From: Thermoanaerobaculales bacterium
Lineage (GTDB): Bacteria; Acidobacteriota; Thermoanaerobaculia; Thermoanaerobaculales; Sulfomarinibacteraceae
Length of the DNA: 64,000 nt
Assembly (NCBI GenBank): GCA_021107705.1
Contig: JAIOSJ010000129.1
Location: forward strand, 7,754 to 71,753
Direction of reading: 5' to 3'
The notes under the pieces are model-generated. The model made no database searches. It saw only the letters and a program-made list of their open reading frames with translations, and was not told the DNA's origin. Each line of letters begins with the position of its first letter. The first letter of the stretch is position 1. The translations under genes and the position numbers were made by a program. Shown piece after piece: positions 27,747 to 35,196 of this stretch.

Positions 27747-29846
27747 ATGAAATCTTTTTCTATCTTCAGCTGTCTTGTTTTTGCTCTTGTCGTTGCGCCT
27801 GTCGTCGATGCCCAGGTCATCAACGAATGGGTTGCGAACCACACCGGCGCCGACCCCGACAATTATGAGTACCTCGAGATCTTCGGTAGTCCATCGACGG
27901 ACTATTCGAGTCTGACGATCCTCCATATCGAAGGCGACACCAGCACCTCGACTGGAACCATCGGAAGGATCGACAGGTTCTACAACGTTGGAACCACCGA
28001 CAGTTCAGGATTCTGGTACACCGGTTTCCTCTCCGCCGAACTCGAGAACGGCAGCATGACGCTGCTTCTGGTGGACGTCTTCACCGGCGCGATTGGAGAC
28101 GACGTTGACAGCGACAATGACGGAACCATCGACAACGTGCTCTGGTCGTCTGTGATCGATGGCGTCTCCACGTCCGATGGTGACGCCGGTGACGCTTACT
28201 ACAGCAGCGTCATCCTCTCCTCCAGCATGGACTCAAGCTACTTCCAGCCCGGTGGGGCTTCTCGGATTCCCAACGGAACCGATACCGACACCCTCGGTGA
28301 TTGGCGCCGCAACGACTTTTTCGGCGCTGGTCTGCCCGGTTTCTATGGCGCAGTCGGGCATGAGGAGGCATACAACACCCCAAACACCGTCAACAGGATT
28401 CCGGTCCCGGTTCTCAACGAGATCGTCTTCGACCACGTCGGATCGGACGACCACGAGTTCATCGAGGTCTACGGTCCGGCCCAGGGGGATTATTCGGCGT
28501 ACCACGTCCTCGTCGTCGAAGGCGACACCGAGGATGACATGGGCAACATCGACCTCGTGTACGAGGTTGGGGTGATGGGTGGCGGTTCGAGTTGGTCGAC
28601 CGGCTTCAAAGCCGGCGTGATGGAGGACGGCAGTACGACCTTCCTCCTCGTCGAGGGCTTCACAGGCACGGTCGGCGCCGACCTCGACGCCAATGACGAC
28701 GGCGTGTTGGACGGCTCCCCGCCGTGGACCGTCGTGGCCGACGATCTGGCCTTTTTGGACGGCGACCCGGGCGATGCCGCCTACTCGACAATCGTGCTTC
28801 AATCGGCATTCGACGGCATCACCGGGATGCCGGGCGGGGCCTCTCGTATTCCAAGCGGTTTCGACAGCGATGCGATAACCGACTGGTACCGAAACGACTT
28901 CGACGGTGAGGGCATGGACGGTTTCAGCGGCGTGATCACCAGCGGCGAGGCATACAACACCCCCGCTCTCGCCAACCGGATCGGTTTGTACGACTACTAC
29001 AAGAACGTCGACACCTCGAGCGCAGCCGCGCTGCGCGCCAGCCTCCATGACATCATCGACGACCACATCCGGCACGAATACACGTCGGATGCGACCGACA
29101 CATGGGACATCCTCGACCCGGCGAGCGAGAACCCGAATTATTCCTCGGACATCCTCGACGTCTACAAGAACGCCAGTTATCCCAAGGCCGGCGAAGGAAA
29201 CGCCTACTACAACCGCGAGCACACATGGCCGAAGTCCTACGGCTTCCCCGGCGAAGAGACCGTACCCTACACCGACTGCCAACAGCTGTTTCTGGCCGAT
29301 TCCGCCTACAACACCGATCGGAGCAACCACCCATACCGATATTGTGTGGGTTGCACCGAAAAGCCCACCGTTTTCAACAACGGGACAGGCGGCGACCCGG
29401 GCACCGGCTATCCCGGATACTCGAACTGGGACACCGGTTCGTTTTCAACCGGGACTTGGGAGACCTGGATCGGACGGCAAGGCGACGTGGCTCGCGCGGT
29501 GCTCTACATGGACGTCCGCTATGAGGGCGACACCAACGGCGTTACCGACCTCGCGGAGCTGGATCTCGTACTTACCGACAATGCAGCGTTGATCCTCACC
29601 ACCAATCAGAGTCCGGCCTACATGGGAATCTTGGCCGACATCCTAGCGTGGCACGCCGCCGATCCCCCAGATGACCTGGAGCTTCACCGTGTCGATATCG
29701 TGTGGAAGCACCAGGGCAATCGCAACCCCTTCATCGACCATCCGGAGTGGGTTGAGTGCATTTTCTCCGGCGTTTGCGGCTCAATTTTCAGCGACGACTT
29801 CGAAAGCGGAGGCCTGACGGCCTGGAGTTCTGTGACCAGTCCATAG
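27747..29846 (+). CDS. Secreted nuclease: two lamin-tail-domain (LTD)-like repeats plus a C-terminal endonuclease I (EndA/NucM) domain
   Basis: GGAGG lies 6 nt before ATG 27747, and the signal peptide is MKSFSIFSCLVFALVVAPVVDA. There are two repeats of INEWVANHTGADPDNYEYLEIFG / LNEIVFDHVGSDDHEFIEVYG ...GGASRIP.G.D. The C-terminal part reads YYNREHTWPKSYG, LFLADSAYNTDRSN, GDVARAVLYMDVRY and HQGNRNPFIDHPEW. Confidence 0.8.
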   Translation: MKSFSIFSCLVFALVVAPVVDAQVINEWVANHTGADPDNYEYLEIFGSPSTDYSSLTILHIEGDTSTSTGTIGRIDRFYNVGTTDSSGFWYTGFLSAELENGSMTLLLVDVFTGAIGDDVDSDNDGTIDNVLWSSVIDGVSTSDGDAGDAYYSSVILSSSMDSSYFQPGGASRIPNGTDTDTLGDWRRNDFFGAGLPGFYGAVGHEEAYNTPNTVNRIPVPVLNEIVFDHVGSDDHEFIEVYGPAQGDYSAYHVLVVEGDTEDDMGNIDLVYEVGVMGGGSSWSTGFKAGVMEDGSTTFLLVEGFTGTVGADLDANDDGVLDGSPPWTVVADDLAFLDGDPGDAAYSTIVLQSAFDGITGMPGGASRIPSGFDSDAITDWYRNDFDGEGMDGFSGVITSGEAYNTPALANRIGLYDYYKNVDTSSAAALRASLHDIIDDHIRHEYTSDATDTWDILDPASENPNYSSDILDVYKNASYPKAGEGNAYYNREHTWPKSYGFPGEETVPYTDCQQLFLADSAYNTDRSNHPYRYCVGCTEKPTVFNNGTGGDPGTGYPGYSNWDTGSFSTGTWETWIGRQGDVARAVLYMDVRYEGDTNGVTDLAELDLVLTDNAALILTTNQSPAYMGILADILAWHAADPPDDLELHRVDIVWKHQGNRNPFIDHPEWVECIFSGVCGSIFSDDFESGGLTAWSSVTSP

Positions 29847-29957
29847 AAGAGCCGAATATATAGGCGCAAAGATAAATCCAATACGGGCAACGAGTCGCTG
29901 TGCCTGTGTTTTGGAGCGAGAGCCAAGCTATCGCGCTTGAGTTCAGGTTTCCTGCGT

Positions 29958-29990
29958 CTTCGACCTGTTTGACCCTTTTGACCTTTATAA
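29958..29990 (+). repeat. TTGACC array fragment, copy B4, immediately left of MITE d
   Basis: CTTCGACCTGTTTGACCCTTTTGACCTTTATAACC closely matches the left part of B1 (CGACCTCTTTGACCCTTTTGACCTTTT). Confidence 0.6.
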
Positions 29991-30002
29991 CCCTAGAGCC
30001 CT

Positions 30003-30184
30003 TAGCCCGCACTTCTCACCAATGTTCGTCGCGAGGGCGGAGAGGTGCTGTGTCCAGTGGTGTTTTCGACCTGAGGGACGCGCAGTCGTACTCGACAGTC
30101 CGTCGAGCATCCCGATGCGAGAAAACGCCGCTGGGCGCAGTGCATCGCCGGCCGCAGTAGAAGATTGGTGAGAAATGCGGGTTA
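30003..30184 (+). mobile_element. MITE copy d (182 bp including flanking TA), reference copy
   Basis: The sequence is TA-GCCCGCACTTCTCACCAA...TTGGTGAGAAATGCGGGT-TA, and the 20-nt ends are inverted repeats with 2 mismatches. The right-end T plus TA is the TAA stop (30182-30184) of the response-regulator gene. Confidence 0.8.
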
Positions 30185-31681
30185 TGCCTCTGCCATGACA
30201 CGCAGGAGGTCTTCCATGCCGGTCATCTGGTCCGTGTGAAGGCGCCAGCGCTTCTCCAACTTCAGGACTTTCTGCGCCCGGACAACCGCCTCGGGGCCTG
30301 ATGCCGCGAGGATGCCCCATTGGGACGTCGGCGCTGTTTCGACCCACTCGAGGACCCATCCCAGCTCGTCGATCCTCTCCGGGTCACCCACCCACACCAT
30401 CACGACGGGATAGACGGCCATCCTGGCTCTGACCTGTTTCAGGGCCACCGGAGACTCCAGAGACGCTACGTGTATTACCAACCCGACGCCAGGCCCCCGA
30501 AGGGCGAGGGTCGCGACCCTCCCTCCCTGCCAGGCTGCCGTCATCGACTCGCCGGAGGCCGCAAGACTCTCCGGCGGCAGGGCCTGTCGGAGCTCGAGGA
30601 AGGCGCCATGCACCGTCGGTTCAACCAAAATCAGAACATGAGGCAACTCCGGGGAGAAGCCACGGCGCTCCACGGCCCTGATCACGGCTTCGACGGCCGA
30701 ACCAAGGCTCTCGCTCGTCCCGCCGTCGGCGTCTTCGGCCGTCCTTTCGATCGTGCCGACATCAACGAAGCCACGGTGCACCATGAATCGAATGGCCAAG
30801 GCTACTTTTTTCGGCGCCCATCGCTCCATCGCTTCCAGACCCCGGATGGAGATGCCGGGGTTGGATCGAATTTCGTCGAACACACCCTCCGTCGGAATCG
30901 AGCCCCATTCCGCCGCCGTGGCCGGAGGTTGATCCTTTCCCGGGCGGATGGAGAGAGAGGCGTGATCGCCAACCTCGGACCACCGTGAGAGTTCGTCGAT
31001 CAGCCAGGCAGCAATGAACATCACCTTCTGGATCTCGATCTCGGAACCTGTTGCACCCGCCGCCGCGGGAGGCCCCTGCCCGTCGAAGCGAAACGTCCCC
31101 CTCTTCAGATCCATCATGGCCAGGATCGCCTCGATGCCCACGAGGCGACCCCATGCGGCCGCCGTCGGCCGACCACCGACCACGACAAGCGTCCCCCTTC
31201 GGTCCCCGGATCCGATTTCCAAGACACCGTGCGTACCGCTGTGCAACAGGCTTTGAATCACCTCGGCGAAGCCCAAGGTTTCCAGGCGTCCCTGGAATTC
31301 GGATCGGTCCGAAAGACGGCCGTCGATCAATCTATTGAGCCGCAGCAGCAATTCTTCCGGATCAAAGGGCTTGCCTATGTATTCATCCGCGCCACCCCGC
31401 AGGCCCTTGACACGGTCTTCGACCTCACCGAGGGAGGAGAGCATCAACACCGGAAGTCTCTTCGTCTCGGGGTTGGCGTGGAGGTCGTCAAGAACCTCGA
31501 ATCCCGAACGGCCCGGCATCATCACGTCCAGGATGACCGCATCGACCTGGTGAGCCGCCGCCAGGTGCGCTGCCTCCTGGGGATTGGCAGTCGCAACGAC
31601 TTCGTGCCCGCCGCCTCTCAGGGTGTACTCCACCATTTTGAGCGTCATCGCATCGTCATCGACGGTCAAGATCACGGCCAT
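30182..31681 (-). CDS. Response regulator: REC domain + DUF4388 domain + uncharacterised C-terminal ~250 aa
   Basis: The REC part reads ILTVDDDAMTLKMVEYTL...DAVILDVMMPGRSGFEVL...PVLMLSSLGE...GADEYIGKPF. The DUF4388-like part reads FQGRLETLGFAEVIQSLLHSGTHGVLEI...GIEAILAMMDLKRGTFRF. Confidence 0.8.
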   Translation of the reverse strand: MAVILTVDDDAMTLKMVEYTLRGGGHEVVATANPQEAAHLAAAHQVDAVILDVMMPGRSGFEVLDDLHANPETKRLPVLMLSSLGEVEDRVKGLRGGADEYIGKPFDPEELLLRLNRLIDGRLSDRSEFQGRLETLGFAEVIQSLLHSGTHGVLEIGSGDRRGTLVVVGGRPTAAAWGRLVGIEAILAMMDLKRGTFRFDGQGPPAAAGATGSEIEIQKVMFIAAWLIDELSRWSEVGDHASLSIRPGKDQPPATAAEWGSIPTEGVFDEIRSNPGISIRGLEAMERWAPKKVALAIRFMVHRGFVDVGTIERTAEDADGGTSESLGSAVEAVIRAVERRGFSPELPHVLILVEPTVHGAFLELRQALPPESLAASGESMTAAWQGGRVATLALRGPGVGLVIHVASLESPVALKQVRARMAVYPVVMVWVGDPERIDELGWVLEWVETAPTSQWGILAASGPEAVVRAQKVLKLEKRWRLHTDQMTGMEDLLRVMAEA

Positions 31682-31690
31682 AGGGCGCCC

Positions 31691-34579
31691 TCATCCCTGC
31701 TCATGGCCGCCCCAATTCTCAGCAAAGGCCTCCAAGCCGAGTTTCGCCCGTTCGAAAGCCATGACCACGGATTTGAGAAATCGGTCTGCATCTTCCAAAT
31801 CCCCACTCCTCCCGATTTCTTCAAGAATAGCACCGGCCGACGCCACATCGGGAAGTCCTAGATTAGAGCTACTCCCCCTGATTTTGTGGGCCGCCTCCCG
31901 CAAGGCATCGACATCTCCGCTTACGACTGCCTCGCGTAGAAGATCCAGCCGAACGGGCATCTCATCCAGGTAGAGATCGATCAACTCGGTGACCATGTCC
32001 CGGCCGCCTGTCCTAAGCAACACTGCCAGCCGTTTCGAATCGACATTTGCGTCGTCAACAAGCGGCACCTCCAGACCGTTCGGGCCCGTGACGCCGAGCA
32101 ACGCTCGTCGGAGGTGTTCCTTCCGGATCGGCTTGGTCAGATAGCCGTCCATGCCGGAGGCCAGACAGAGTTCCCGATCCTCGCTTGTGACACGAGCGGT
32201 CAAGGCGATGATCATCGGCTGGAAATCCAAGGGCGCCTCACGGATACGTCGGGTCGCCTCCACTCCGTCCAGACCAGGCATCTGGAGGTCCATCAACATA
32301 AGGTCGTACCGGCCCTTCTCGGCGGCCTCGACCGCTTCGAGGCCATTGACGACGACATCGGCATGACACCCCAGGCTGTCCAGCATCATCAGGGCAACTT
32401 TGCGCCCGATGTCGTCATCCTCGGCCAAGAGGATTTTCAGGTCTTGGGCCAACGGTATCGGAGCGCGGTCTACAGAGGTATCGGCAAATGCCGTGCGACC
32501 GTCGCCTTCCAGACCGAGTGCCCGTTCCAGCACGGACCGGAGCTGGGCCGGCTTGACCGGATTATTCAGTACCAATGCTCGAGTTCTCGACGGGAATCGA
32601 ACGCCGGTGGTGGGGATGGCCCACCGCCAGACGATCATGGGCATCCGCCTTCCCATATCCCGAAGGGCGTCCAAAGCCTGGCGATCGGCGATGCCGAATG
32701 CCGCCTCTTCGATGATTAATGCATCGACATCCTCGGATCCTTCGCCTCGCTCAACAGCCTCGGAAATCGAGGCAACCGCGACAATTTGCAACCGTAGGTC
32801 GTGGGCGTATCGGCTCAACACATCCCGCATCATCCGGTTGTGGTGGACCACGACGATTCGCATCCCGTCCAGTGAGCCTTCCGTCTTGCCGGCCCCAGCG
32901 TGATCCTCGACGGCCTCTGCCCGGAAGGTGAAACTGAAGGTCGAGCCCTCACCCGGCTTGGAGGCGACCCAGATCCGCCCTCCCATCATTTCACACAGAC
33001 GCTTCGAAATCGCCAGCCCCAACCCGCTGCCCCCATACCGCCGGGTGGTCGATGCGTCCGCCTGGACAAAGGGTTGGAAGAGTCGCTCCGAACCTTCCGT
33101 GTCGATTCCAATGCCGGTGTCCCGAACCGAAATGTGAACCTCGAGAGGCCCAGCCTCCTTCCCCGATTTTTCCACGGCTTCGGCCGAAACCGAGACCAAC
33201 ACCTCGCCGCTTTCGGTGAACTTCACGGCATTGCTGAGGAGGTTGAGCAGGACCTGTCGCACTCTGACCACGGCCCCGGTAAGCCGATCGGCCACAACGC
33301 CGTCGACCAGGTAGGCCAGCTCCAGACCTTTTTCGGCCGCTGTCGGCACCACCATGTCCAGACACCCCTCGATGTTCTCCCTCAGCGAAAAGGTCTCGTT
33401 CACGATCTTCAGGTTGCCCGACTCTATTTTCGACAGATCGAGAGTGTCCTCGATGATCGTCAACAAGGTGTTGGCACTGACACGGATTGTATTGGCACAA
33501 TCCCGCTGCTCGAAGTTCAGATCACTTTCCAGCAGGATAGAAGCCATCCCGATGACGCCGTTGAGAGGATTTCGGATTTCGTGGCTGACGTTGGCGACAA
33601 ACTCGCTCTTGGCCCGACTGGCCTCGACGGCGCGCTTCCGGGCAGCTTCGACCTGGGCCAACCACTCTCTTCGCTCAGTCACGTCGTGACAGTTCATGAT
33701 GATACCGGCCACCGAAGGGCTGGACAGCAGGTTATTACTGCTGACCGCCAGAATCCGCCACGTCCCGTCGGCATGCCGGATCCTCATCTCGGCCGACGGC
33801 GCCTCGCCATGCCTCCGGACCTGTGTCAGAAAATTCTTGAAGTGGAGGGTGACCTCGGCAGGATCGACCAGTTCGAAGAAGTTTGTGCCCTCGAGCTGGG
33901 AGGATTGGTAGCCCAGGGCCCGGTCGACTGACGGACCTGCAAAGATGATCGTCGCGTCATAATCCAGGACGAGGATGATATCCAGCGTGTTTTCGATCAG
34001 GGCCCTGAAGTACTCTCTCCGGTGTTGGAAATTGACCTCAACCCTTTTTCTCAGCGCCACCTCGCGCATCACGCGGTTGTGGGCCAGGCATGCTTCGACC
34101 GACACCGTGAATTTGGACGTCACCCTGCCCAATTCCCGCAACTCGGCGGCGGAAAACACACCCCTCCGATTACAGGAATAGAGATGCAGAAACCCGAGAC
34201 TGCCCAGGGCCAGAACGGCGACCACGCCTCTGTGAATCTTTCGTTCGATCTTGACGTCCGCGAACACGTCCCCGTCCGCCCCAACCGAAAAGTGCGGCTG
34301 CTCCTTCAAATGAGAAAAGACCGGGTGATCCAGAGCAACCTTTTTGGTGTCGAACCATTCCTCAGGCGTCCCAAAGATCAGCACCGCCGCTTCCTCGGCC
34401 TGCTCGCCGAAAGTCGATTCCTCCTCGGCCAGAAGATCGTGCGTCAACCAGACGGCCGCCGTGGTCAGATCAGCGGTCGATACCAACTCCGTCAAGAACC
34501 GCTCACAGTTCTTGCGGAGGTCCAGGCTCTCACCAATTGAGAACGCCAGATCATACAAACGCGAAGGGCTGAACACCAT
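31691..34579 (-). CDS. Cytoplasmic hybrid sensor histidine kinase (GAF-like, PAS, HisKA, HATPase_c, degenerate REC, REC, HPt)
   Basis: 962 aa with no obvious TM. It has the H-box SEFVANVSHEIRNPLN, N/G boxes LLNLLSNAVKFT and DTGIGI...GGSGLGLAISK, REC ILLAEDDDIGRKV...LMLMDLQMPGLDG...GMDGYLTKP, and HPt AAHKIRGSSSNLG. Confidence 0.9.
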   Translation of the reverse strand: MVFSPSRLYDLAFSIGESLDLRKNCERFLTELVSTADLTTAAVWLTHDLLAEEESTFGEQAEEAAVLIFGTPEEWFDTKKVALDHPVFSHLKEQPHFSVGADGDVFADVKIERKIHRGVVAVLALGSLGFLHLYSCNRRGVFSAAELRELGRVTSKFTVSVEACLAHNRVMREVALRKRVEVNFQHRREYFRALIENTLDIILVLDYDATIIFAGPSVDRALGYQSSQLEGTNFFELVDPAEVTLHFKNFLTQVRRHGEAPSAEMRIRHADGTWRILAVSSNNLLSSPSVAGIIMNCHDVTERREWLAQVEAARKRAVEASRAKSEFVANVSHEIRNPLNGVIGMASILLESDLNFEQRDCANTIRVSANTLLTIIEDTLDLSKIESGNLKIVNETFSLRENIEGCLDMVVPTAAEKGLELAYLVDGVVADRLTGAVVRVRQVLLNLLSNAVKFTESGEVLVSVSAEAVEKSGKEAGPLEVHISVRDTGIGIDTEGSERLFQPFVQADASTTRRYGGSGLGLAISKRLCEMMGGRIWVASKPGEGSTFSFTFRAEAVEDHAGAGKTEGSLDGMRIVVVHHNRMMRDVLSRYAHDLRLQIVAVASISEAVERGEGSEDVDALIIEEAAFGIADRQALDALRDMGRRMPMIVWRWAIPTTGVRFPSRTRALVLNNPVKPAQLRSVLERALGLEGDGRTAFADTSVDRAPIPLAQDLKILLAEDDDIGRKVALMMLDSLGCHADVVVNGLEAVEAAEKGRYDLMLMDLQMPGLDGVEATRRIREAPLDFQPMIIALTARVTSEDRELCLASGMDGYLTKPIRKEHLRRALLGVTGPNGLEVPLVDDANVDSKRLAVLLRTGGRDMVTELIDLYLDEMPVRLDLLREAVVSGDVDALREAAHKIRGSSSNLGLPDVASAGAILEEIGRSGDLEDADRFLKSVVMAFERAKLGLEAFAENWGGHEQG

Positions 34580-34800
34580 TGATGATCCTTTTCAACCTAG
34601 GAGGGTGAAGGGCATTGAATCAACGGTGCCTTTCGGGTGTCGTGAAGGCCCTTTTTCGTTGTATCCTCGGCCCGTACAGGGAGTACTGCGTCTCGAATGC
34701 GTCTCAAATGGCACTTCATGACCCCCCGAAATCCATCCGCCGTCAATGCCCTACACCCTCCTAGCCTACCCTATCTCTTCGAAGGCGTTTCAAATGAGCC

Positions 34801-34850
34801 TTCATTTTTGTGCCTTTTTGTGGCTATTCCTGGAGATTTGCAAACAGCTA
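34801..34850 (+). repeat. T-tract repeat core, copy B2
   Basis: The sequence is TTCATTTTTGTGCCTTTTTGTGGCTATTCCTGGAGATTTGCAAACAGCTA. This copy has the same core as B1 and B3 and the same orientation. About 60 nt upstream is CCATCCGCCGTCAATG, which also occurs as CCATCCGCCGTCATG left of B1 (27372-27386). Confidence 0.7.
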
Positions 34851-34920
34851 AGCTGAGAGCTGACAGCGCACTTACCCTTCGATTCCGCTTCGACCTTCGA
34901 AGCCGTTCGATGGCAAGTGG

Positions 34921-35067
34921 CTAATCATAGATCTTCTCATCCTCAGCACCTGACTCGCAGGCATCGAGTTCCATGTCGAGGATCAGCTGGCGGAGCACGC
35001 TCTTGACAAAGGCACGAACCTCATCGCGCAGTTGGCGCTGTTGATCGTTCAATAGGTGGTCGAACAT
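34921..35067 (-). pseudogene. 48-codon ORF resembling only the N-terminus of an acyl-CoA dehydrogenase (possible gene fragment)
   Basis: GGGAGG lies 8 nt before ATG 35067. The ORF reads MFDHLLNDQQRQLRDEVRAFVKSVLRQLILDMELDACESGAEDEKIYD. The LxxEQxxLRDxVRxF pattern is typical of ACAD N-termini, but the other ~330 aa are absent. It ends next to repeat B2. Confidence 0.3.
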
Positions 35068-35196
35068 CAGTCTTACCTCCCGAGTCGTCTGTCGAAAGTA
35101 TACGAAGTCCGCGTTCAATAGTGCTGCAGGGCCCCCAATTTCGACCGGTGCTCACGCAACACGCTTACAATGAGCATCGAATCGTAGGGAGGTAAG

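Noticed and set aside
28233-29330. 365-aa minus-strand ORF
   Set aside because: It is antisense to the LTD-endonuclease I gene.
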